A stretch of DNA of 64,000 nt, taken from the NCBI GenBank assembly GCA_010909165.1, contig MU008158.1, positions 2,133,478 through 2,197,477 on the forward strand. The letters are read 5' to 3'. This document shows, piece after piece, positions 22,637 to 34,900 of the stretch (position 1 is the stretch's first letter; each line of letters opens with the position of its first letter). The translations under genes and the position numbers were made by a program. The notes under the pieces were generated by a model. That model had not been told where the DNA came from. It worked only from the letters and a program-made list of their open reading frames with translations, and did not search any database. Source of the DNA: Anthoceros angustus. Lineage: Eukaryota; Plantae; Anthocerotophyta.

Positions 22637-25081
22637 CTACCACATATTACGGAACAATGGTGTCCACTCGTCCAGCAAGCTCCACGAAAGTGGGCTGTTT
22701 CTTCTTAGATGGCAGCTTCCAAGTACTACTTCTTTCCCAAAAGCAAGCTTCCTTTTCAAAATTGTTATCCGGTTATATTGTCTTGGTAGTGTTGGAAGCA
22801 TGGTGTTACTTACTGCACCAGCTCCCATGCCCTCTAGTTGTCTGATCATTTGCTGGAATAAGCCCTTCGCGTGCTGCTCAAGAAAAGGCCACTTTTCCAA
22901 AACAAGTGTCAACTGCTGGCACAAAGCTTCCAAACTTGGAGACGTCTCCAATCTACCTATTGTGCACACGTTTGCTTGCTCAAGAACGAGAATACCAGTC
23001 TCACCTTGGCTACTTGTCCCCAAGCCACCGTCATGTGGGAGGAAATTCTCCCACATGGAAGTGTCCTCTTCATTACTGGGCAGAATGCTGTGTTGGAACT
23101 CAGTTTGAGCAACTGCAACCTCGGAATACCTAACAACCAGCTTTTGAGTGGGGACTACCTTGTCCATGAGCAACATAACCTTGAGCTGGTGTTTGCACAT
23201 GAAACCTCGCGTCCCTTGCTTACATGTACAATAACCCCAAGGGGTTCCAGCACCACTCACAATATATCTACGTGCTTTCCCATTGTCCTGACTATTGACA
23301 TAAGCAATATTTGGAGAGTCTAGAGTTGGTAAGACCACATGGCTATCTAATATGGCTGTTGCTTTTTGGAGAGCACTCCGCACAATGTCCTCTTGCTTGG
23401 AATTTCGAAGCATGCCAACTGCCTTACACTGGGCTACATACCAAAAGTGCCTGTTAACCTCTTCGAACAAAATATGCAGCAGCCAATCCAATCGCCGATT
23501 ACGAAGGGTTTTCTTGGAGAGCAAACATCTGTACTTCAGATGTTTGTGATATGCTTCTATGGACGAGTTGCAGTCTTGTCCGGCATGTGGAATTGTCCTA
23601 ACCGCTTTAATCCACTGTAGCATGTTAGAACCCCACTGGTCTTTAAAATACTTCACAAAGCGCTAGCGAGACTCACGGAAGGTAGCATAAAATAGTTCAA
23701 GTCTTTGGCATGCTTGGTTTACCTCTACCCGACATCAATGTCCATATGCATGATGTCACCTAAGGATTTCATAATTGCATGCACGGTGTGGTGCCTTCAC
23801 CTTTTTAGCAATTGCGGCCAAGCCCTCCGAACATGCCATAGACACAAGAAAACCAGTACGTTACTTCCAAACACAGCCTTGATGCCATTAATTTCCGCCA
23901 TACAATCGTCTACCAGAAAAGCGGTCGGTTGCCAATCTGCCCTATGTAGCAGCATCCTTGCTCGTAAGCATTCCAGCCACTGTGAAATATTGGCTGCCGT
24001 AGCCTTGCTGGTAATCACCCAAGCGACAAGGATACCGTTAAAATGATCGTCAAAAACCAACAGAGTGAATAGCTGGAACTTCCACTTATTGGTGCCAAAT
24101 GTGGCATCCATAGATATCACTGACTTGTGACCCCAACGCAACATGGATCAGAATCGAAAACTGCTTTTGGATGCCTAACATGAAATCCTTGGCATGCTGT
24201 TCTTCTCCCGGCAAAGGAAAAAATACCTCCTCCCTATGGACATCCATCCACAACTTGACACTCACCTCATCGTTTACATGGAATCGCCACACCCTGGACT
24301 CCAACTCTGCCTGCAAATTTCTTATGTCTCTAGGCAGCAAAAAATCATCCCGCTCAAGGACTGCTTGCAAATCACTATGCTTCCTTAAAAACACCTCAGA
24401 CTCATGGTCAATTAGGATCTGAAAAGCAGTCGTCTTTCGTAGCAACTTATACTTCACCCACTCCTTCTTAGCTGTGGACAGGTAAGGAGCAAGGGTACAA
24501 TTTGAAGCTGAATCACTCGCTAGCAAACCATGACAATACTCTCCCGTTGAATTAATGTGCTCCCTTTGATGTAGTCTCAGTTCAGCAACCTCAGGAAACA
24601 TCTCCAGTGTTACAAACAACAAAAACTGGCACCCACGTTTCTTGCTTTCTCCACAGGCAATCTTGGAGCGCCTGCTCCCTTTGCCTAACTTCGGCTTGTT
24701 AGTGATGTCCGCACAAACTGCAGAATCCAGAGGAGTTTGCTTTCGGTAGCCATAAGCACAGGCAAACTTGATGTAGTGCCGAGGAGTGGTAGATGAAATT
24801 CCTCTTTGCCTCACACCAGATCTGGTCCAAACATTGGCCCTTATCAATTTGGTGGGGAAGAACGTCGACTTCTCTTCGCCAGCAATGAAATCTGGGTACC
24901 TCGTCCAGGGAATGTAACAACGTTTCACACGAGTCACCGTCTGCCGGACAAGATGCTCACCATCCTGCCAATTCAATGTCTCCTTACAAAAAAGACCGGG
25001 ACCCGGATTCTGCACTTCAAAAGGGCAAGGTTGAGGCAGGATGGGGGCACCCACAGGCCTTCTCGGAATTGATTCATCCAT
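22637..25081 (-). pseudogene. MULE DDE transposase with SWIM zinc finger, broken into three ORFs (24086..25081, 23797..24144, 22637..23656)
   Basis: MDATFGTNK (D), FLVDDC (D), CLWHVRRAW (CxxH), CNSSIEAYH (E), SWIM CTCKQG...MCKH. Confidence 0.9.
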
Positions 25082-25388
25082 AAAATCTACGAGATTGTCT
25101 TCTCTGCAAGTTCGGTCACGGCCAGCTATGGAGCCTGGCCTCGCGAGCGCGCGGGATGAGTTCGCACTTCTTCAAACTAAAGACGGGTGTAGAAATACGT
25201 AGACATATGAGTATAATACAGAGTACATACGATATAGCTATAGAAGATGTGGCGCGCGAAATCTGTCATGAGCAGGAGAGTAGATGAAAGCATGGCATGA
25301 CCGCTGCGATGTGACATGCTCACCATGGTGAGTTGGCGCTTTGGTTTCCGTGCTCGCATTAAGAGCACAGTGACCATTAGCGCCTGCG

Positions 25389-25700
25389 GCCCTCCAACCA
25401 CTCCATACCTAAGATCACATCACGTTCCTCCTATAGAGGAGTCACTGTACAAGTAATTACATATTGGAGTGACCCTAAGTGAAGGTGCAGGGGTTTACTC
25501 TGCGTACTAGGTGTAGCAGACTGCTCACCGTTGGCATAAGTGACAAACCCTAAGGACATCCCCGCATCTAAGTCATTCTGCTTAGCAAATCTCAAAGCCA
25601 TAAAGTTGCATCTTGCACCATAGTCTATTAACACTCGAGATGGATGTTGGTTTACCTTTCCTAGCATCCTGAGTAACCCTCAAATCTTACGACCCTGCTG
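25389..25700 (-). mobile_element. Ty3/gypsy aspartic protease remnant (target of the MULE insertion)
   Basis: GKVNQHPSRVLIDYGARCNFM (degenerate LIDSGAxxNF), VTYANG, and DVILGMEWLE running up to the TSD. One in-frame stop. Confidence 0.75.
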
Positions 25701-26055
25701 GGGATTGGAAGTACATTTCATGACTGCTCCCCCTGTAGCAGCCATGCCGGCTAGTTTCCCGGGCTCGGATACCTGCCTTAACTTTATTCACTTGAGCCCT
25801 ACGCACTTCTGGACAAAAGGGAGGACGCCCTCAAACTCTCCCCTCACGAGGAGGGCCCTTAAGGCAACTCCCTGCACAGTGCCCCCATTCCCCACTACTG
25901 AAACACCGGCCATGGAACTCCTGTACTTAATTAATGATAATTTTACTTATCTGAATAATTCATTAATGCAGAATTTAATGTTCCAAACTTTTAAATATAT
26001 TATGACTTCAAGCTAATTTTTTTCCAAAAAAATAAACAAATTTAAAATGTATGTA

Positions 26056-26330
26056 TTACGACTTCAAGTAATATTGTTTCGACTTCAAGCATACTTCAAG
26101 TAACTTGCTTGAAGTCGAAACAATCTTACCTGAAGTTGAACAATCTTGCTTGAAGTCCAAATAATCTTGAAGTTTGCCTGAAGTGGAAACAATCTTGTTC
26201 GAGCAAGGTTGTTCCCACTTCAGGCAAACTTGTTCCAACTTCAAGAAAGATTGTTTCAACTTCGAGCAACATTAGAACCGGTTGATTAGATCTTCCAAGC
26301 TTATAAAAGAATTGCAGCCTCAAGCAATGT
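26056..26330. repeat. Degenerate short tandem repeats built from CTTCAAG / CTTGAAG / AACAATCTT words
   Basis: Repeated tgaagtNgaaacaatctt and acttcaag words in an AT-rich context. Confidence 0.6.
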
Positions 26331-26940
26331 CATTCATTCTATTTGCTTAGCCTATACAAATCGACGGGTCTATCATTCTTTCAAAGTACACATATATAGT
26401 ATAAAATTAATAACTAATTGTTTTTTGGATTAAGAAGGGGACTTGGCCATGGAGAAGGTCAACAAAGATCTAGAGATTGTCTTCGGCCGCCATGGTCTTG
26501 TAATTCATGATCGTGCCAATGCACAAGCTTCACCAAGCGATAATTTCGAACGACTTCTTAAAGTTCTTGAAGAAGGTCAGTCCGTCGATATCGGCATGAT
26601 TTTCGGACGTAATGAAACATCTCAAGTTCTTGAAGAGGGTGACAACGTCCAAATTAACGAGGCATCGGATGATGGAACATCTCAAGTTCGTAAAGAAGGT
26701 TATAGTGTCCAAAAGGATGTGGCACTTGATGGACCACCTCATTGTCCAAAGGATGATCATCCTCGTAAGTCTGCATCAACAAGACTTCATTATGTGAATT
26801 CCATCATGAACCTGGATTTTAAACTTCTCTGAAACAATTATTCAAATCCATAGGATTTAGCAATATTATATTCGTAAATTTGATGTGTTGGCTTTTACAA
26901 TAAAAAAAGTTGTAGTAGTTGAAAGTGTTTTTTTATGTAG

Positions 26941-27400
26941 GCACAAAAGAGGAACAAGAAAAGTCACTAAAGGCCAACAATGTTAAAGGACGACCTACCC
27001 AAGAGTGCGGAGAAGATAACAAAGCTGAAGGTGATGAAGGACGATCTATGGAAGAGTCCAAGAGAGAAGATAACAAAGCCAAATATGTTGAAGGACGACC
27101 TATCGAAGAGTCAAAGAGAGAAGATAATAAAGCCGAAGATATTGGAGAACAACTTGTTGAAGAGTTCAAGAGTGAAGATAACAAAGCCCAACATGTTGAA
27201 GTCCGACCTATAAAAGAGTCAAAAGAGAAAATAACAAAGCCAAAGATGTTACATGACGACCTATCGAAGAGTTCAAAAGAGAAGATAACAAAGCCGAAGA
27301 TGTTGAAAGGGGACCTATCGAAGAGTCCAAAGGAGAAGAAATCAAAACCAAAGATGTCGAAGGACAACATATCGAAGAGTCTAAAAGAGAAGTTAACGTT
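26941..27400 (+). repeat. 54-bp tandem array (~7-8 units) encoding 18-aa E/K-rich repeats; possible exon of a degenerate gene
   Basis: Unit aagagtccaagagagaagataacaaagccaaatatgttgaaggacgacctatcg translates to EESKREDNKAKYVEGRPI. Flanked by ttttatgtag (26940) and gtaagt (27401). Confidence 0.8.
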
Positions 27401-28242
27401 GTAAGTGCTAAATTTTGCATGCTGAATTTACAATCATAAAGTTCTAGTCATGGTTGAAAGTGTTTTTTTTAAGTCGCAAATTTTTTTCTTATAAATTACC
27501 AAAAAACTATTGTCTTATAATTCACCAATAGAAAAGTGTTATAATTCAAAAACAAATCTTAAAATTGGTTGAAAATAGTTTTTTCTTATAAATCGTAAAA
27601 GATTAGTGTTTTCTTATAATTCATCAATAAAATTATGTTTATTTTAATTCACAAAAAATATTTTTTATAACTCACTAAAAATAGTCTTCTTATAATTTTC
27701 GAAAAATATCATTTTTTATTATTTTTCAAAAAATAAATATTTTCTTATATAGGCGCAGAGGTAGAATGAAAAATGTCACTACAAACTGAACATGTTAAAG
27801 GACGACCGACCCATTCAAGGATCTGTCCATTGCCCAGGGATGGACTTTAGGATTTACTGTCCACCGTCCATTGGCTAGGGATAGACTTATGTGCAGAATC
27901 TCGGTCCAGGAGTTTCCTTTGCCTAATAAGGAAAGCACGAGAAAGGTACACGAGGGCTTCCATTTTCCGTTGTGCGAGCCTCACACTCTTCCCAATTTAC
28001 AAATCTACACACACTGTGGATGCGATGGGTTTGAAGGGAAGTGCTATGCTGGTAGTGGCGGCAGCCATGAACCTGCCCCGGGGATCGGCACTATAGCTAC
28101 TGCACAAGCCAACGACAGGTTTCTTTCCAGCTAGTTCTCCCAGGTGCAAGTCGACGGCAGGCTCCTGTATTAATGAACCGTGCTTGGGGAGAACCGATAA
28201 AAAATGTTATAAAACAAACAATTCTCAGCTCAGATGTCATCT

Positions 28243-28247
28243 GCGGG

Positions 28248-28290
<43 letters not shown>

Positions 28291-28315
28291 GCGTGTTCGA
28301 TCCACGCTCACCGCA
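28243..28315 (+). tRNA. trnF-GAA: tRNA-Phe (GAA), cytosolic plant type, intronless
   Basis: GCGGGGATAGCTCAGTTGGGAGAGCGTCAGACTGAAGATCTGAAGGTCGCGTGTTCGATCCACGCTCACCGCA. A and B boxes present, upstream TATA-like element at ~28207, TTTT terminator at 28327-28330. Confidence 0.98.
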
Positions 28316-28367
28316 CTGTCTGAACCTTTTGGGCCATATTGAGCCAATATCTTCGGCTTTATTATAT

Positions 28368-28495
28368 ATGCCAAGGTGAGTGAATGTGCCATATATTTAC
28401 CAAGGATATGAGTGAATATGAGTGGATATTGGCCAAGGATCTGAGTGAATATGAGTGGATATTGGCCAAGGTGAGTGAATGTGCCATATATTTAC
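28368..28495. repeat. Short ~30-bp tandem repeats (CCAAGG..TGAGTGAAT) downstream of the tRNA
   Basis: gccaaggtgagtgaatgtgccatatatttac occurs twice, flanking two copies of ccaaggatMtgagtgaatatgagtggatattgg. Confidence 0.8.
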
Positions 28496-28786
28496 AAGTC
28501 TTGTGCGCTTGCGCTTCTCAGGTCTTTTTTCACAGACAAAAATAGAGTCTGAAATGTTAACACTAAAATGTTCGAAGTGGAAAGGGTTAAAGGGTTAAAT
28601 CTGATCGACAAGACAGTCAGACGGGTTCGCGCCTGCTACAAAATAAGCGAAAAGGTGAACTAACCATTGCGGCATACTTTCGCCGCTCTTCAAATCTCCA
28701 TTTTTGGCTTCAGAGATTTTAGGAACCGTATCCTTCTGTGGCGTCAGAAATTTTAGGTCCCGTATCCATTGTTGGATTTTAGATAC

Positions 28787-28866
28787 CGGCGTCGTCCACC
28801 TCTGTATATACAGAGTATAAACAGCGGGGGACTACGCCACTGTATATACAGAGGTGGACGACGCCG
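28787..28866. other. Perfect 27-bp inverted repeat (26-nt loop) about 100 nt past the POLA1 stop codon
   Basis: cggcgtcgtccacctctgtatatacag (28787-28813) pairs with ctgtatatacagaggtggacgacgccg (28840-28866). Confidence 0.9.
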
Positions 28867-28966
28867 TCATAGTACCGGGCCAAACAAACATTGTTCAGTA
28901 CTACCTACGCAGCCCGAGAGCGTATATGGTTGCAAATTCAGCGACAAGACCAGTTCTCAAACCCGC

Positions 28967-31900
28967 TCACATCGAGGAGACGCAGAGTGCGTCCATCTGA
29001 ACCCATCTGTAGGCACACCGATCGCGGATGCTCACCATCACGTCAGCGGCATCGACTAGAGCATCCAAAACAGTCGAGAGCTGGGTTTTCACTGCCATTT
29101 GAGCTTCCTCGTCCTCTATCTGTCAAGAACCCAACCGGAACGAATGTCATGAAAAGTAAAAATAAATCTGTCAAAAACAGAAACAAAGCGCGCTCGCACA
29201 GGCGACCTTCTCCATTGCCCGAGGGATGTCCAACAAGCGACAGAAGTGGGTAAGTTGGTTGTACAAGTCCGCCTCTGTGTACTGTCAGCACAAGAGCACC
29301 GCTTATCAGAGGACATGGTTTGCACTATAATTGGGGACTAGCTCGAAGTTCACGTCGATGCCGAGGACAAGTTCAAGCGAAAGCTGAAGTGATGTAAGCC
29401 TACCTGACGTGCGAGGTGTCCATTGCATCGTGGATAGTTGGGACAAACGGTGCCTCTGTCAGCATCCCCCGACACTCGCAATGCAATATTCCGCGTCATA
29501 TGTCCACATATCTCCTCGTCACACTGGAATGAACCAAGTTAGATGTGAAAGCAGGACGCATGAGCAGCACAATGTTGGAGAACGAAAGAGCTGGAATGGA
29601 AGGCTTCCGTTGCAAACCATCATCCATCCTTCATAGTAGCGTGTGACGAAGTCCTCTGCCCGCTGTTTCACCTAGCAGAGTTTTACCAGCAGGAAGGTGT
29701 GAGGTGCTAAAGAGTGCGCGGGGGTGTAGGATACAGAAATGGCGCAGTAGGAACTGCTGTACCTGATTTGCAAGCCTTGCAGAGGCTTCCGTGTCCGCAC
29801 CACCATGGTGCCGACACCGTGGACAGCGGAATGGAGACTCACGGTGAGGAGACGAGGGCTCCGCGCTCCCAGACCGCTGTGAGGCAGACGCGATGATGCT
29901 GTCGACACCGGCGAAGTCGAAGCGCTGGCTGCATGGGCAGATCAGTTGGAGAGGTTCACAAGTTCGATACCTGTGCAGCGAGAGCGAGGTTAGTCTCCGC
30001 GGGAACCATGCGTAGAAAAAAAAATCGCCCTCTAGCCAGCACTATAGTGAGGGGTTAGAAATCTGTTAACCGGTCGTCATCATCCAGAATTGCACCAGAT
30101 GACACCAGCGCGTCGTCTCGATCGTTGGTGCTGGAGCTGTGTCTCTGCTGGAACTGCAGTATTGAAGCAAATACAGGAAGTTCGTCAGACTAGAGGCAGC
30201 CGACATAGACATTGCAACTTGTAAATATATGGCACATTCACTCACCTTTAACGGATCAAGGCCGAGACAGTCAGCAAGACGTCCTGAGTCCGTTCCTTCA
30301 ATCGGTGCACATAATCGCATGACAACAGGATGAATCTGGCGAAGAGCGAAGTACGCTTAGCCTCGACTGTTAGATCCGAGACACCTCACATACTCTGCAA
30401 GTTCACAAAATGATACACACCTGCTGCTGGATGTAGTAGTCAATATCAACAATCCAGTTTCCACTGTCTTGCTTTAGTTCGTCGGGATGCCTGGCTCTAT
30501 CTGCTATTCCAGACGATGAGCCTCCTCCAGAACCCTGTTGGAGGTGGCAGATCAGGCGACAGTCCAGGCAGTTGATAAATGAGGAGACACAAACCATGCA
30601 AGCAGCAGAAACAATACCTGCTCAACACAAATAATGTATGGTACAGTGTCCCCAACGAAACAGCCAATCCTATGCCCACTTAGTCTTCGCCTCAGAGCGA
30701 CCTGCCACAAGACAATGGGGAATATCAAATATATGGATGAGCTGAAATGCCATGTGAAAGTGGCACCTCACTTAAACGGCAAGGCAGAAGCATTGTCTCG
30801 TACTTGAACGTGAGGCTGGTTGCGTGCGTCTGGATATTCCTCTGGATTTTTAGTTAGAGTCTTCGTAATGATGTACTTGTCCAATTCTACCTGACCACTC
30901 CTCATTTCCTCTTGCAGCTACAAAACAGTCGTCACTCAGTAGGTTTAGAATCCTTGGCTTGCAGCGTGCATAGACAAACTTGTGCCATACGTGTGATGGG
31001 GCAAGCTGTAAAGGAATCACGAATCACAACATCAACGCATATCACGGGATCTAGAATTTTGAGAAGAAACAGTGGTGGCATAATCAAGATGTCACCTTTC
31101 GAAGTTGATTATGGATGCTCTCCACCACTTCTTCTCGCAGACTGGTGAGAGAGTTCCCACATTAGACCCTTTCAGCTCAAGAGGACCCATGACGAAAGGC
31201 CCACAGGGACAGAGAGACTCACCCTCCAGAAAGTATCTGCCCAAGACAGAAATTTCCGATCTCCTTGGATAACATACTCCAGTCACGCCGTACAATATCT
31301 AGTCCCTTCTGTTCGATGACCTGCGAGAGCAAAACAGGTGAGGTGGATAATCTGAAAGAGTTGAAGGAAATTGGCTCATACAAACTGACGACTGTTACCT
31401 CTCGGAAGGTTCCGTCCCCGGTTGGCACAACCTTAACTGCAGCATATTTCTTTTTCTTGAGCAGCAACATCCGCTTATACAAGCCATCCATGTCAATCTC
31501 CAACAGTCTATATTTCTTGTTAACCTGAGAAAGAAGAAGTCAGATTGAGCTAAGAGCACACGGTGCTTCTTAATTCTGACGTGGGATTTGGAACCCAGTC
31601 ATTGTACGTACTTCTTTGATGACCTTGACACCAATGTCTCGCGCAGCAACAGGGTCATCCAGCCCTGTGTGGATCATTATTGAGTCTGTATCTCCATAGA
31701 TAACCTGACCATTTTTCGTAGTACACGTCAAGTGCACGTTGCAGGCATCAAAATGAGTTCTTCCGAGTAAAAGACTGCAGGAGAGACGGACCTCAAAGTT
31801 AAGTGTGTTCTGCACGAGGTCCACTGTACTTTGCAGGATCTCCCTGCCCTGGGAAGTTATGAGCTCAGCTATCGGTTTTGCATAAAATCGCGAATTTGGG

Positions 31901-34900
31901 AACCCCAAGCACCCGTACATACTAAACAACAAACGAGAAGACTCATCAGCGTCAGCTAGGCAAGAAATATTCTGGGACTTGGAACAGGAAATGTAAATAG
32001 ACGAGCAGTGGGCTCAAATTCGAAGTTCTGACCTATTGGCAGTAAGCTTCAGTGCTTGCTGTTGAATATCCAACTGCTGATACTTCAGGTTGTCAGACGT
32101 GCGTTTCAGCCACTGCTTCACTTGCTTCCTCCTCTCTACCAGGCTTTTGAGAACCTAAGACCAACAAATCATACTTCATGTGCACAGAAATAATTGGCGG
32201 ACTGCCATCAACAGGAAACTAAAACGTTGCAGGCTATGTACCTGGGGTAAAACTCCAGGAGTGTCGCATGTTGGTAATGCAGGAATAGTATCCTCGTCAG
32301 ATCGTTCTACGGTTGTAAAACATACATTGTATTCCTGCAGGCTCAAAACATGGTCAGAAGGTTGCTCTAGGGCCTGAAAGGAGAAAAGAATCAAGAACAG
32401 CTGAATGGGAAGTGCTTGTGGAGTGAGGGCTCACTTGAATGATGGATGGGTACAGGCTATTGAAATCGAGAAGGAGGATGTACTTGTCATACAGACCCTT
32501 TTTGGGTTCCAGAACCAGTCCACCTGAATAAGCAGGGCCTTTTTTCCGCTTTCCAGGTGGCCCAGCAAGAGTCTCTTCATGGACATTTTCATCTCCAAAG
32601 ACCAGTTCTTCTCCATCATCGACTTCCAGGCTTGACAACTTCTTCCGCTTGACAGCAATTCGCTCTTTCTCGCGGAGAGTAAGTTTGTCAGGGACAATGA
32701 ACTTGCGGCTGTGAAACTCATGGAGCAGCAGATACTCAACTCTCTGTGCCCTTGCTCCCTGTCACACGAGGATTGTTAGTCTGTAATTTCTAGTTGAAAT
32801 CACTCAGAGAGCATCCCTCACCATCACCAGCAATGAGTTGGCGTTTTGCATAAAGGGAGCAAATAAAACATGAGCTGTATTCACCTGCAGAGTCTTCCCC
32901 CAGAGATTTCCACTGATGTTGGTTAGCTGCCTTGTCAATGGCAGCACATTCAAATGAAACATCAAACTCAACGAAAGCCAGGCATCAGTTTCCCCTGATT
33001 CAACCTGCAAAGGCAATACCCAGAGCGTCGTTAGTACCAGCCGTTCCAAAATGATATCAAGGCATGTTGCTTAACTCCTTGGCAAGCAGAGATCAACAAG
33101 TGATCTTGATGGCTGGAAGCAACATGGCTGCCCACCACACAGTTTTGCCCACCAGTTCAAATAAGGACGCCGATGTCTTGTACATAGATGGAATTTCAGA
33201 AGGTATAAGTTCCTTCCTCTCCCGACCTAGCTGGGTCTTGGAGAGCTGCGTTAGTGAATAGCTCACCTACATCAAACAGGGTGAAGAAAATTCAGTCCCT
33301 ACTGTCTTCACAAGTTGCTGGCACTAAGCAGTGTTAGAAACAGCCAGTTCCTACCTCTTTAACAAGGTCACGAGCAGCTAAGTAAGTATCACATAACAGC
33401 CGACCAGCAATGCACGCCATAGCTCCTGGACCAGCTCCTGCACCGAAGGTATTCCCACCTCCATTGAGTTTGGGCATCACAGAGCGTTTCAACCGGCCAA
33501 TTTTTGACCACATACTGCTGGGAACTTTACATGCCTGTTAGGTTTCAGAAACAAAGAGTCCATGAGAAATCATGAGACACCAGGGATGGAGAGTGATCAC
33601 TGACTGGGAAACCATATTGAACCATACAGGCCAACCAGTAGCTGAGTAGAAAAACTCCTACCTGAAGCCGGTGAAGGAGTACATCAAGGTCAAATCCAGA
33701 AATGTTGTGCCCCACCAAGATATCCGCATCTAGCTGGTGCAACTTGATCATTAAGTTGTTTAATAAAGCTCGTTCACTGATAGCAACATGAGAATTAGAT
33801 GTACTTCCAGGCTTTCCTATAGCACAGGATTTTTTCATTCACTTCCATTGGCAGCCTAGCAGGAACGATAGCTTTATACCTTCCTTCGCAGCTTAGGACA
33901 TTTGAGCCGGCTTTGGCATTGGTGGAAGTGACCTCTGATGTAAAGCCTAAAGGGAAAATGCCTCCATCAAGCTTTCGCACCACGCTGAAGTGATTAAGCA
34001 TCTTGTGGGTGTTCCAATGGCTTGATAACATCGGCACATCCACCTTCGAAGTCCAATTGCGTCCACGGACGGCTCGAGTTAGTCAGGTGACGAATTCTCA
34101 CTGAAGGCCGGAGAAAAATGAGAGAGACACACAAATGCTCTGCCAAGGACGGAACTGCAAAAGCCCGAGGCAACGACCAACCTGTACTTGGCGACAGTAA
34201 ACAACTGATGCTGCTGCCACCTCATTGACATTTTGCTTGTGATTCACCACAGTCTTGAGGTTGATGGCTGCAACAACTAGGGTAGGGATCGGTTGATTGA
34301 TTGTGTCCGAAACAGCTACAGTCAAATTCTTAGGGGAGTCGACAACCACCTCTAGCTTGCACCAGCTAACCTGCTTTCCAAACGATAAAGAGAAGAAAAG
34401 AGGAGGATTAGATCTCAGAGAGGACGGAGTATGGAAGCAATTCAACATGACTACAGGACAAACCAGACAGATTTGTAGAGCAGACACCTGAGAAGGGCTC
34501 GAACGAAACACAGGATTTGCGACGGACAGCCAGCATGGTCCTTTGATCTTTTTCTTAATTAACAGGAGTTCAAGGGCACTGCCGATAACAAATGTGAAGT
34601 TAGCTTCCGTCAACTTTACAACCACCGGGAAAAGCGAAGACCTGGGCTTCGCGAACAATGAACAACAACTTGTGGCAGAAAGGTGAACACACATTATGTT
34701 TCAGAGCTTGAACCTGGTCTGTGTCCCAAAGAGGCCAGAAAATGTCGTACCCTTCAAATCTGTTGGAAGGACTGTATCCTAAATCACACGATGTAGTGAC
34801 TCAGACACGTCAAATGCCCTTCTTGTAACCTCAACCACTGCAAGTAATTGTGTAAAAGGCAACGTTCCACAAACCTTGAAAGGGTAGCTTAGCTTTATGA

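Larger units (their letters stand above)
21475..25388 (-). mobile_element. Mutator-like element (MULE), ~3.9 kb, with ~290-bp TIRs, 9-bp TSD GCCCTCCAA and two convergent genes
   Basis: TIR-L is 21475-21775 and TIR-R is 25106-25388; 112 bp near the outer ends are identical. TSD at 21466-21474 and 25389-25397. Internal MULE/SWIM transposase. Confidence 0.93.
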
